Below the pieces are notes generated by a model, which saw only the letters and a list, made by a program, of their open reading frames with translations, was not told where the DNA came from and did not search any database. Source: an uncultured Holosporaceae bacterium (GTDB lineage Bacteria > Pseudomonadota > Alphaproteobacteria > UBA3830). Taken from it: a stretch of DNA of 64,000 bases. The stretch is from positions 63,618-127,617 of the forward strand of contig CAYJFA010000004.1 in assembly GCA_964369545.1 (NCBI GenBank), read 5' to 3'. Each line of letters starts with the position of its first letter. Position 1 is the stretch's first letter. Below, piece after piece: positions 25,576-34,965 of this stretch. Position numbers and translations under genes: made by a program.

Positions 25576-26937
25576 ATGAATAACAAGAAAGATGTTCTGC
25601 CGATAATTATAGCAGCTGTAATAGCTCTTTTGATTACAGGTATTGTCAGGTGGCTTTTACCCTTGTCATCACAAAATTCGAAACAAGAATCAGCTAAAAA
25701 TGAAGTTTCAATGCCCGAAATACCTTTAATGGTAAAAGTAGAAAAAAAGAAAATCATTGAACAGCATGTTTTAATTACTGCAAAAGACATCAAAAAAGAT
25801 GAAAAAATAACCGGCGATCATTTTATATGGAAAAAATGGCCAGAAGATGCGATGCAGCCTTATTTTGTCGCAAAAAATGATAATGGTACGCCCCTAAATA
25901 ATGGCGCAGATTATAGCAATGCTTTATCTATGTGGGCAAAAACAGATATTCCAAATGGGATTCCTCTCACTATGAGTATGTTGAGTTCTGAGGATCCACA
26001 GAAAAAAGCAGAAGAAGAGAAAAAAAAGAAAGAAGAAGAGGCGAGAAAGAAATTAGAAACAGAAAAAGCGGAGTCTTTTATAAAGAAGGGAATGAGGGCT
26101 GTAACATTTTCTATAGATCAGCGATCTGCAAGTTCTTCAAATATGCTTGAACCAGGAGATCTGGTTGATGTTTTAATTATGGAGCATCGGGCAGATAAAA
26201 TGAGGACTTATAAATATAAAGCCTTAAAAATTTTAGCTATAGATGGAGTAACAAAATTTGAAAGTGCGAAAAGAAAAGCGGAACATAATACTTTATTAAG
26301 CAACGTTAATATTGGTGTACCTAATTTCTTAGCTCCTAAGAATGTTACTCTTGAGGTAAAGGAAGAGCTAGTTGAAGTTATGTTGAAACAATCTAACGCA
26401 AATGGAATAGTTCTTTCTATAAGAAGTCAATCGGAACCAGCAGATAATAAGTTTGAAGATGAATCAGAAAATTTAATGTCAGAAGAAAATTCGAACACGA
26501 TTTTAGATGGCATTTTAAGCATAAATAAATCAAATCCGACGGATGCTCTTTTGGAGGAAAAGGCTAGAAAAGAAGCGGAAGAACGGAGCATGTCAATATT
26601 AATGAATAATATAAGCATGGTTAACAGTGCTGAAAGTATGTTTGGAATTAAAAATCCCGAACATGATTCAGCTCATGGAAAATCCAGCAAAGATTCAGAA
26701 AAAGCAGCACTTTCAAAAGATAAAAAAGTATTGTCAAAAGACGGTAAATATGAAATTGTCAGCGGCAAGATTGTGGGAGAGGATCCAAAAGAAGATCCAA
26801 AAACTGTAATAGTATACAGAAAATTAACTCCGACAGCTGTAAAGTTTAATGAATCTGGAAAAATTATGGATGGAAATGGAAGTAGTAGCGGTAGTGGAGA
26901 ATCAGGTGTTTCTTCAAGATCAATATTTGGAAAATAG
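25576..26937 (+). CDS. cpaB: Flp pilus assembly protein CpaB/RcpC, with large low-complexity insertions
   Basis: It has an N-terminal TM anchor, a SAF-like region (ITAKDIKKDEKITGDHFIWKKWPEDA) and an RcpC-like region (MRAVTFSIDQRSASSSNMLEPGDLVDVLI). At 453 aa it is much longer than the usual length of about 270-300 aa. Confidence 0.75.
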   Translation: MNNKKDVLPIIIAAVIALLITGIVRWLLPLSSQNSKQESAKNEVSMPEIPLMVKVEKKKIIEQHVLITAKDIKKDEKITGDHFIWKKWPEDAMQPYFVAKNDNGTPLNNGADYSNALSMWAKTDIPNGIPLTMSMLSSEDPQKKAEEEKKKKEEEARKKLETEKAESFIKKGMRAVTFSIDQRSASSSNMLEPGDLVDVLIMEHRADKMRTYKYKALKILAIDGVTKFESAKRKAEHNTLLSNVNIGVPNFLAPKNVTLEVKEELVEVMLKQSNANGIVLSIRSQSEPADNKFEDESENLMSEENSNTILDGILSINKSNPTDALLEEKARKEAEERSMSILMNNISMVNSAESMFGIKNPEHDSAHGKSSKDSEKAALSKDKKVLSKDGKYEIVSGKIVGEDPKEDPKTVIVYRKLTPTAVKFNESGKIMDGNGSSSGSGESGVSSRSIFGK

Positions 26938-26990
26938 GTAGACTTCTAAAAGATGTGTTGTTTTGTGTGGAGTGTTATTGGAGTTTTATA

Positions 26991-28469
26991 ATGAAAAAAA
27001 AGTGTTTAAGTTGTATTGGTTTCATTTTATTTGCTGTATTTATGGCAAATGAAGCTTTTGGTGCAGCGAAGCAAAAAATTGTTAAATCGGAACGCGAAGC
27101 AGAAATCAATAATCAGCAAGATAATAATTCAGCGAAAAAACCTCAAAAAACAGAACTTCTTTTAAATAGTAATAAGGGAGCGATAAAAGAAATAGAAGTT
27201 AATTCTGTAAATTTTATAAAATTAAAAAGCAAAGCCAATGAAATTTTCATTCCAGATCCAAGTATAGTTGATGTTCAATTACTTAGTGATAACTCTTTGT
27301 ATTTAATGGGGCTGGCACCGGGAGTTACATCTTTGGTGATCAATGATAAAGATGGCAATGTAATGATTGATTGCAGAATTAGAGTAACGTATCCGTTAAA
27401 TACAATAAAAGAAGCTATTCTTGAGATGCGTCCAGACGCGGATGTAGAGCTTGTATCGCTTGACAAAACGGTTGTTTTAAGGGGACGTGTTCCTTCTCCT
27501 GAAATTGCCAGTGATATTCAAGATATAGTAGGCAGGTTTGTTAATAGCGATAAAGTTGTTAACAAGCTCGCAATCGAGACTTCTACTCAAGTTATGCTAA
27601 AAGTAAAAATTGCTGAGGTCTCTAGAGAGCTAACAAAAAATTTAGGAATCAGTTGGAGGGCTATCTCGACAGGGAGCGCAAATGGACCAAGTTATGGGTT
27701 TGCGGGTGGAATTACTAGCAATTTTCTAGGAATGCAAGAAGATGCGGATGCACTAAAGACAGCTATAATGGATCCTACAAAGGCGCCTTTGGGGATGAGT
27801 GAATTCGGTACTCGTTGGCTAGTTCATTCAGGCAGCAAAAGGGGGTTATCTGGTTTAATAGATGCTCTGGCAAATGAGTCTTTTGCGTCTATTTTAGCGG
27901 AGCCTACTATTATAGCTTTATCAGGTAAAAAAGCGGTGTTTAAGTCTGGTGGTGAGCAAGGATACACAGTTTCACAGCCAGGAGGTACTTCCACTAATAC
28001 TGTAGAATTTAAGGAGTGGGGAACATCAATTGAGTTTACTCCAATAGTTCTGTCAGAGGATAGAATAAACATAACGGTCACTCCAAAGGTGAGTACGTTA
28101 GAAACTGTTAGTAAGGATCAACCTCCAGCTCTTACATCAAAAGAAGCTACTACAACCGTAGAATTGGGAAGCGGCCAAAGTTTAGCCATAGCGGGTTTGT
28201 TGCAAAAAACAAATAATACAGGTTCTTCTGAAGTTCCGGGTTTAGCAAGTATTCCGTTGATTGGATCTTTATTTCGCAGTTCGAATATTAAAACTAGTGA
28301 AAGAGAACTTGTCATAATTGTTACGCCATCATCAAAGCAGCTAAAAACTCCGATAGAAATGATTCCAAAAATGTATTCTCCTTTAGAATCTAATTTGCTT
28401 AGGAAGTTTCATAAAAGCGGTAAAAGAAAAGCTGAAAAGCCTATAAGTGCTGGTTTTTCAATAAAATAG
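26991..28469 (+). CDS. cpaC: Tad/Cpa pilus secretin CpaC/RcpA
   Basis: It has a signal peptide (MKKKCLSCIGFILFAVFMANEAFG), a BON-like N-domain and a secretin core (LAEPTIIALSGKKAVFKSGGE...LAIAGLLQ...PGLASIPLIGSLFRS...ELVIIVTP). The ATG at 26991, preceded by GGAG, is preferred. Confidence 0.85.
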   Translation: MKKKCLSCIGFILFAVFMANEAFGAAKQKIVKSEREAEINNQQDNNSAKKPQKTELLLNSNKGAIKEIEVNSVNFIKLKSKANEIFIPDPSIVDVQLLSDNSLYLMGLAPGVTSLVINDKDGNVMIDCRIRVTYPLNTIKEAILEMRPDADVELVSLDKTVVLRGRVPSPEIASDIQDIVGRFVNSDKVVNKLAIETSTQVMLKVKIAEVSRELTKNLGISWRAISTGSANGPSYGFAGGITSNFLGMQEDADALKTAIMDPTKAPLGMSEFGTRWLVHSGSKRGLSGLIDALANESFASILAEPTIIALSGKKAVFKSGGEQGYTVSQPGGTSTNTVEFKEWGTSIEFTPIVLSEDRINITVTPKVSTLETVSKDQPPALTSKEATTTVELGSGQSLAIAGLLQKTNNTGSSEVPGLASIPLIGSLFRSSNIKTSERELVIIVTPSSKQLKTPIEMIPKMYSPLESNLLRKFHKSGKRKAEKPISAGFSIK

Positions 28470-28480
28470 TATATGAGGTT

Positions 28481-29182
28481 ATGATGTTTGATTTAAAAAA
28501 GAGTTTTGTAAGTTTGAATTTTATAGCTGCAGTCTGTCTTATAACGGGATGTGAAAATAAACCTAATTCTAAATACGTTCCAGAGTTTGCGAACATTGAG
28601 GCGGCTGAAGAAAAGGAAGCTCATTTTTTCTCAACGAATTACAATTTCGATTTTTCTAATGATATTCTTACGCAAATTAAAAAACTTTTACGTGATGCTA
28701 GAGCGGAGGGGGTAGATAATATCGGTTTTATGATCATTTCCAATCGTCTTGTCCCACTTGAAAAACAGGAAGAGATCAAACAAAAGATTGTTTCCATAAT
28801 GAATAAATTTGGTTTCATTAACAGCAGAATAATAGATTCGGGAACTTGCGTATATAAGGAAGCAAAATGTGGGATCCGCATCAATATTTTGAAGTATCAC
28901 GTTGAAGAGCCGGATTGCAGCCCATGGACTGAATCTATAGGTGATGTGGACACTAATAAACAACTGCCGAAGTTTGGAGTCGCAGGTGTCTATAATTTAA
29001 GAGAAATGATAGGAAATAAGGCGGATTTAGTCGTTCCTAGAAAATATCTTGGACAAAACGCGAAAGACGCGATAGATGCTTCTAAGAGTAGCGGTTCATC
29101 AGGCAGTAGCAGTAGCGGAAGTGGGAATAGCAGTGGAAGCAGCAGTGGAAGCAGCAGTGGCAGTTCTGGAATTGGATCTTAA
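28481..29182 (+). CDS. cpaD: Pilus assembly lipoprotein CpaD with a Ser/Gly-rich tail
   Basis: It has a lipobox (CLITGC) and the CpaD-family motif DCSPW...LPKFGVAGVYNLREMIGNKADLVVPR. The C-terminus is SSGSSGSSSSGSGNSSGSSSGSSSGSSGIGS. Confidence 0.7.
   Translation: MMFDLKKSFVSLNFIAAVCLITGCENKPNSKYVPEFANIEAAEEKEAHFFSTNYNFDFSNDILTQIKKLLRDARAEGVDNIGFMIISNRLVPLEKQEEIKQKIVSIMNKFGFINSRIIDSGTCVYKEAKCGIRINILKYHVEEPDCSPWTESIGDVDTNKQLPKFGVAGVYNLREMIGNKADLVVPRKYLGQNAKDAIDASKSSGSSGSSSSGSGNSSGSSSGSSSGSSGIGS
29129..29164 (+). repeat. 12-nt tandem repeat x3 (AGCAGTGGAAGC AGCAGTGGAAGC AGCAGTGGCAGT) encoding the CpaD Ser/Gly tail
   Basis: Read directly from the sequence. It is embedded in a longer AGY/GGN-rich tract at about 29085-29179. 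Confidence 0.8.
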
Positions 29183-29202
29183 GAAATATTGGAGAGTTGT
29201 AT

Positions 29203-30447
29203 ATGGCAAATAGTGTTGGTTCAGACTTACCTCATAACTTGATTGGTTTCGTTAATGATCCTGTATCAGAGCAAATAGTATTAAATGTAATCAAAGAGAT
29301 GAACATTGCGTATGCTGAGGCTAGAATTGGTGGAATTAATGATATGGTAGAGTTCTTAAAAAATAATAGAACTCCCAAGATACTCATTGCCGATATTTCC
29401 AATTCCGAATTACCCATAGGTGATATATCTAAAATTAAGGAAAGTAGCGCTCCTAATTTAAACATTATTGTCGTTGGAAGTAGAAACGATGTCGGATTAT
29501 TTAGAGATTTTATGAATATGGGAATTTCCGATTATCTAGTAAAACCTCTAAACAATGCAATATTAAGAAAGGCTATAGATGACGCTAATATTGGAGTAAA
29601 AAGAGGATTTACAGAAAAATCCGGTAAATTAATACAAGTCATAAGTTCAGTCGGTGGGGCTGGAAGCACTACTATTGCAACAAATATTGCATGGATTCTT
29701 GCAAATCATCATTTTAAACGAACGGTTATTATGGATTTGGATTTTTCTTTTGGCACCGCAAATTTAATGCTTGATATCAAAGCGGAGAATTCCTATCTAG
29801 ATGTTTTGGAATCCCCAGAAAAAATAGATGAATATTTTATTGAAACAATTTTAAGAAAACATAACCAAAGATTGTATTATCTTGGCGGTTTATCAGACCT
29901 TGTTAGAGGCAATATAGTTGAATTAGAGGCATTTGAAGCTCTTATGGTATTGGTAAAGAAGCAATTTAATTATGTACTAGTCGATTCTCAACGTGACCTA
30001 GGAGGAATCAACAAAATAAGCATGAATAATGCTGATTATTTTATTATTATGATTGAGATGTCTCTTGCATCTGCTCAGAATACAGTCCGTTTACTTGAAT
30101 ATTTAAATACAGAACAGCCTGGGAAAAAAGTTTTAATAATTGCAAATAAAATCGGTCTATCCAGCGGTGGAGCTTTGACAAAAGAGTCCTTTGAAAAAGT
30201 GATCGATAGAAAAATTAATTATACTATACCTTTTGATGAAAGTACCGCTCTTGCCGCTGCTAACATTGGTCAGCCTGTGGCATCTTCTAGTGGAGCGCTC
30301 ACAGAAATTCTAGAAGATATTACAGATGATCTTTTAGGAAAAAAAGAGACACACGATATTGCAAAAGCGTTACTAAAGAAAGAAGGATTTACCTTTAATT
30401 TTGTAAAAAACAAAGCTTTTGAGTTGCTTGAGAAGTTTGTGAAGTAA
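29203..30447 (+). CDS. cpaE: Pilus assembly protein CpaE/TadZ (pseudo-receiver plus MinD/ParA-like ATPase domain)
   Basis: It has a receiver-like N-domain (KILIADISNSE...YLVKPL). The ParA-like domain carries a deviant P-loop, ISSVGGAGSTTIATNIAWILA, with no Lys. The ATG at 29203, preceded by GGAGA, is preferred. Confidence 0.8.
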   Translation: MANSVGSDLPHNLIGFVNDPVSEQIVLNVIKEMNIAYAEARIGGINDMVEFLKNNRTPKILIADISNSELPIGDISKIKESSAPNLNIIVVGSRNDVGLFRDFMNMGISDYLVKPLNNAILRKAIDDANIGVKRGFTEKSGKLIQVISSVGGAGSTTIATNIAWILANHHFKRTVIMDLDFSFGTANLMLDIKAENSYLDVLESPEKIDEYFIETILRKHNQRLYYLGGLSDLVRGNIVELEAFEALMVLVKKQFNYVLVDSQRDLGGINKISMNNADYFIIMIEMSLASAQNTVRLLEYLNTEQPGKKVLIIANKIGLSSGGALTKESFEKVIDRKINYTIPFDESTALAAANIGQPVASSSGALTEILEDITDDLLGKKETHDIAKALLKKEGFTFNFVKNKAFELLEKFVK

Positions 30448-30464
30448 TTTAGGAGGAAATATAA

Positions 30465-31820
30465 ATGACTTCGAATCCTGATATTAACCACAACAAAGAA
30501 GCGGTTGTAGATGAATCTCCTATTTTGACTGTATTTCGTAAAGAAGCTCACGAAACAATGCTTAATCGCATTAATCTTGCCTCTGCCTTTAAGTTAAGTC
30601 CACAGGAATTACGTGCAGAAATTGAGTCTTTCGTTTTTGATTATGCTCAGGAAAGACGTGCTCAGATTACAAAACGCGAGCAGATTGGTATTGCTCGTGA
30701 ACTCGTCGATGATATGATCGGTTTAGGTCCTCTTGAAATTCTTTTAGAGGATGAAGCCATATCTGATATTGTTGTAAATGGTCCGCATCAAATATATGTG
30801 GAAAAAAAAGGGTTAATGCAACTTGCGCCTGTGAAATTTAGAGACGATGCGCATTTATTACAAATCGCACAGCGTATTGCTCATAGAGTTGGACGACGTG
30901 TAGATACATCAAGTCCTCTTTGCGATGCAAGATTACCTGATGGAAGTCGTGTTAATATCGTAGCTCCTCCGATTGCATTAGATGGAGCGTCTATTTCTAT
31001 ACGTAAATTTTCTAAAAAGGCATTGGATTTACATACACTAGCTAAATATGGCGCTCTTACTGAAGAAATGGTTAAAGTTCTTCAGATAGCCTCTACGTGC
31101 GGATTAAATATCATCGTTTCCGGAGGTACTGGGTCTGGAAAGACTACTCTTTTGAATGCTTTATCGCAGCTTATTGATTCGCGTGAACGTATTGTAACGT
31201 GTGAAGATGCTGCCGAGCTTAAATTGCAGCAACCGCACGTGGTTAGATTGGAGAGCAGGCCTCCAAATATCGAAGGAAAAGGAGAGATAACGATTCGTGA
31301 TCTTGTTAAGAATGCTTTGCGTATGCGTCCTGACAGGATCGTAATCGGAGAGGTTCGTGGCACAGAGTGTATAGATATGTTACAAGCCATGAATACAGGA
31401 CATGATGGTTCTATGTCCACTATCCATGCCAATAAGGCCAAGGAAGCGTTTATACGTCTTGAAAATATGGTTGCCATGTCAGGTTTTGATCTTCCGAGTG
31501 AGGTTGTTAGAGCGCAGATAGCTGGTGCAGTTAATTTGATCGTGCAGACTGAACGTTTGCACGATGGTTCTAGAAAAGTCACTGAAATAGTTGAAGTTAC
31601 CGGCATGACTGAACGCGGAGATATTGATTACCAGCATTTATTTAAATTTGTTCCTATGGGGGAAGTGGATCATAAAGTATTTGGAAGATTCGAAGCCTGT
31701 ACTGATCGTCCGCTATTTTTAGAAAAAGCTATTACGTATGGGTTAGACAAAGAGTTATTGTCTATTATGAGAAAAGCCTTAGATGAAGCTGGGAGAAATG
31801 ACAATGATTCCACTTATTGA
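30465..31820 (+). CDS. cpaF: Tad/Cpa pilus secretion ATPase CpaF/TadA
   Basis: Walker A is SGGTGSGKTT. Asp/His boxes and Walker B lie in RIVIGEVRGTECIDMLQAMNTGHDGSMSTIHAN. AGGAGG precedes the ATG. Confidence 0.9.
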   Translation: MTSNPDINHNKEAVVDESPILTVFRKEAHETMLNRINLASAFKLSPQELRAEIESFVFDYAQERRAQITKREQIGIARELVDDMIGLGPLEILLEDEAISDIVVNGPHQIYVEKKGLMQLAPVKFRDDAHLLQIAQRIAHRVGRRVDTSSPLCDARLPDGSRVNIVAPPIALDGASISIRKFSKKALDLHTLAKYGALTEEMVKVLQIASTCGLNIIVSGGTGSGKTTLLNALSQLIDSRERIVTCEDAAELKLQQPHVVRLESRPPNIEGKGEITIRDLVKNALRMRPDRIVIGEVRGTECIDMLQAMNTGHDGSMSTIHANKAKEAFIRLENMVAMSGFDLPSEVVRAQIAGAVNLIVQTERLHDGSRKVTEIVEVTGMTERGDIDYQHLFKFVPMGEVDHKVFGRFEACTDRPLFLEKAITYGLDKELLSIMRKALDEAGRNDNDSTY

Positions 31821-32796
31821 ACCACTTGCCCTATTTATTATAGCTTTTATTTGTTTTTTTATAATATATAAAATTTTATATAAGAACGAGCAAGTAGAAG
31901 ACTATAATAAAATATTAGAAAAAAAAATTTTAACACTTTCACAACAGCAAGACATGCTGCTTGAGTCTGCCAATGAAAGAGTTTCAACTTTTATAAAATT
32001 AGAGCATGAAGAATTTAGTCAAGGAGGAGAGGGAAGTGATACTATAAACGATAAAATCAAAAGGATTATGAAGAAAGCTGGAATATCGGATATGTCTGTT
32101 CTGACTTTTAGCCTTTTATGTTGCCTTGGCGGAAGTGGTTTTGCAGCATTCATTATTCATTTTGATTTTTTAAATTTTATAACAGGTCTTCCTATAGGTT
32201 TTTGTATTGGGGCGTATTTAATATATAATTTTTTAGCTTCTCAAGCAGCTAAAAAAAGAATGGCTTTTTTAAAACAGTTTCCTGATGCAATTGATATGAT
32301 TATCAGAGGAGTTAAAGCGGGATTAAATATTAATCGAATTATAAGGCTAGTCAGTATAGAGTCTAAAGATCCCATTGCAAGTGAATATAGAACCATAAGT
32401 CAGAAATTTGATCTTGGTATGGAGCCGGAAAAAGTACTCGTCGAAGCTGCTGAAAGAATAGATATTGAGGAATTTAGATTTCTTGTTGTTGCTTTGGTTT
32501 TGCAAATGGAAAACGGCGGCGTTCTGGGAGAAATTTTGATGAATCTATCAAGTCTTGTCAGAAAAAGGCTTGAATTAGGGTTAAAATTGAAGGATATGTC
32601 AGCAGAGGCGAGAATGTCAGCTATTGTTATCAGCGCTTTGCCATTTGTATTTGCGGGCATTATGATGATTGTAAATCCGAACCACTTGAGTGAATTTACT
32701 AAGCCTGGATCTGGTCAAACTTTATTAAAAATTGCCATTGCTTTATTTAGCATAGGCTCATTTTTAATGGTAAAAGCAACAAAAATTAAGGTATAA
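31804..32796 (+). CDS. tadB: Tad pilus inner-membrane platform protein TadB
   Basis: T2SSF-like domain (FPDAIDMIIRGVKAGLNI...) with N- and C-terminal TM helices. The ATG at 31804, preceded by GGGAGA, is preferred, so it overlaps the end of cpaF. Confidence 0.8.
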   Translation: MIPLIEPLALFIIAFICFFIIYKILYKNEQVEDYNKILEKKILTLSQQQDMLLESANERVSTFIKLEHEEFSQGGEGSDTINDKIKRIMKKAGISDMSVLTFSLLCCLGGSGFAAFIIHFDFLNFITGLPIGFCIGAYLIYNFLASQAAKKRMAFLKQFPDAIDMIIRGVKAGLNINRIIRLVSIESKDPIASEYRTISQKFDLGMEPEKVLVEAAERIDIEEFRFLVVALVLQMENGGVLGEILMNLSSLVRKRLELGLKLKDMSAEARMSAIVISALPFVFAGIMMIVNPNHLSEFTKPGSGQTLLKIAIALFSIGSFLMVKATKIKV

Positions 32797-32800
32797 AAGT

Positions 32801-33775
32801 ATGTCAGAAACATCAATTAATTTTTTATGCTATCTAATTGCTGTGGTTAGTTACATATTTGCAATGCCTTATGCAAAAGTTTTAACTGTTAGATTTATTG
32901 GTGAATTTAGGATGTTAAAAAGGATTAAAAGAATATCTAACCAAGATACAGGCGGATATGATTCTGCATCAGAGAGTGCAGAAAATATTGGATTAAGTAA
33001 AAAAGGTCCTACTTTTGGTACTAATAGTATTTTTAATTATATTGCAGAAAGAAATGCTGGATTAATAGACGCTATGAAAGCTCTATTATTAAAAGCTGGA
33101 ATGCGTCAAGAGAATTCTCTTGAAGAATTTATGAAATCAAAATTTATTGCTGGTATTGCGATATTTTTTATACTCTTTTTAATCCTTACAACTAATGATT
33201 ACGATATTCCATTTATGGCATCTTTGTTTATCTCACTTATTGTTGCTGTTTTTGGAGGTCATAAACTTACTAATATGAACCTTGAAATGCTAGCGAATAA
33301 AAGGATGGAAGCAATAGAAAATGGTGTTCCAGATTTGATCGATCTCATGGTTATTTGTACTGAATCGGGACTGGATCTAAATAGATCTATTAGAAGAATA
33401 GCAAGAGAAATGAGAACATCCAACCCTATATTGGCGGATGAGTTAAGCTTGACTTCCATAGAGCTTGAAATGATTCCGGATCACAAACAGGTATTTACCA
33501 ATCTAGAAAATAGAACTGATTGTTTGCAAATTAAAACATTATCAAAAACTCTTAGTCAATCTATAGAATATGGATCTTCATTAGCGGTTTCTTTAAGAGA
33601 TCTTGCAGTGGAATCTCGTCAAAAAAGAATGTTGGAGGCAGAAGCGAGAGCAGCTCAGGCGCCGACATTGCTAACATTACCAATGATGTTTTTCATTATG
33701 CCATGTTTATTTATAGTTATGTTAGGTCCTGTTATCGTTGGAATGATTCGTTCTTTTTCAGGCGGTGGTTCTTAA
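32801..33775 (+). CDS. tadC: Tad pilus inner-membrane platform protein TadC
   Basis: T2SSF-like domain (GVPDLIDLMVICTESGLDLNRSIRRIA...SLAVSLRDLAVESR), a paralog of tadB. It is the last gene of the locus. Confidence 0.8.
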   Translation: MSETSINFLCYLIAVVSYIFAMPYAKVLTVRFIGEFRMLKRIKRISNQDTGGYDSASESAENIGLSKKGPTFGTNSIFNYIAERNAGLIDAMKALLLKAGMRQENSLEEFMKSKFIAGIAIFFILFLILTTNDYDIPFMASLFISLIVAVFGGHKLTNMNLEMLANKRMEAIENGVPDLIDLMVICTESGLDLNRSIRRIAREMRTSNPILADELSLTSIELEMIPDHKQVFTNLENRTDCLQIKTLSKTLSQSIEYGSSLAVSLRDLAVESRQKRMLEAEARAAQAPTLLTLPMMFFIMPCLFIVMLGPVIVGMIRSFSGGGS

Positions 33776-34060
33776 GACTTAGTTTGCCTGAAAGTTTTGA
33801 GTTTCAATTTATTTCATCGGAATCATCTCTCACATCTGCTTAGTTAGAAGCGGATTAGCCAATAATATCTTTAAAACAAAATAGATTCTCTTTTAGCAAT
33901 AGCATTTTTCTCATACAAGCAGTCATAGCAAGCATTTTTCTTTTTCCTTATTCTTGAGTAAAATATTTTTCATGCAAACAACTGCTAAGTAGTTGCTGCA
34001 GGATTTTAAATTTTATAATAAGATTTGATACTAATTAATTATACTGAGTGAAAAAAAATT

Positions 34061-34861
34061 ATGAGACAATTTGGAATATGTTTGGAAGCTATAGATTTTA
34101 TAAAAAATCCAGATTTGGTGGATCAGATTTTAGAAGTTACTCGTGAAGATATTTTTGACTTTGTGCAGGTGAATTTAATGACGTTACCCGAATTGTATGA
34201 TGATATTTATGTAATTACGAAAGAAAAGATGAAAAGAATCAGAACAGTAATCCATGCTTCTTTCTATCTTCCTCCGGAATATCAAGGTATCGATACTGGG
34301 AACAAAGATGCATTCGAAAACAATTTTCAGTACTTGAAAACATCTCAAAAATTCGCGGATTTGCTTAATGCAGATATTATTATAGTACATCCAGGTATAG
34401 GAGGCGGCGAAGAACACCTAAACGAAACCATTTGCCAACTTCAAAAGATGAACGATCCGAGGATTGCAATTGAAAATTTGCCACATAATCCTCGTGGATT
34501 CCAGATCCATGGGTCTTTTTTCGAAAATATCAAAAGAATTATCGAAGAAACGAATTGTAAGTTCTGCTTCGATTTTGCTCATGCAGTATGTGCCGCGAAT
34601 TCTTTGAAAAGAAATATCTACGACGATTTTGAAGAATATAATGCTTTTAATCCCGATCTTTATCATTTATCGGATGGAAATTCTTTGGCAATATTTGATG
34701 AGCATCTTCATTTGGGATTAGGAAATTACGATATAAAAAAATTTCTTAAAAATTTTACGAACGAAAATTCGATGATTGTTTTAGAAACGAGGAAATCTGT
34801 GCCAAAAATAGATTATTGGATAAAAGACATGGAGTATATTAAAAATTTGAAACTAACGTAA
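34061..34861 (+). CDS. Xylose-isomerase-like TIM-barrel protein (sugar phosphate isomerase/epimerase or AP-endonuclease-2 family)
   Basis: 266 aa. ADIIIVHPG, RIAIENLPH, CFDFAH and HLHLGLG are spaced as in the AP_endonuc_2 TIM-barrel metal-site pattern. Confidence 0.55.
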   Translation: MRQFGICLEAIDFIKNPDLVDQILEVTREDIFDFVQVNLMTLPELYDDIYVITKEKMKRIRTVIHASFYLPPEYQGIDTGNKDAFENNFQYLKTSQKFADLLNADIIIVHPGIGGGEEHLNETICQLQKMNDPRIAIENLPHNPRGFQIHGSFFENIKRIIEETNCKFCFDFAHAVCAANSLKRNIYDDFEEYNAFNPDLYHLSDGNSLAIFDEHLHLGLGNYDIKKFLKNFTNENSMIVLETRKSVPKIDYWIKDMEYIKNLKLT

Positions 34862-34965
34862 ATAAGTTTAGAACATATCGGACTTTTGTTCTATTTATTA
34901 TTATACCAATTTTTCAAGTTCAGGCAGAAAATGTGCATTGTGTAACATTTATATAGAGACTATTT

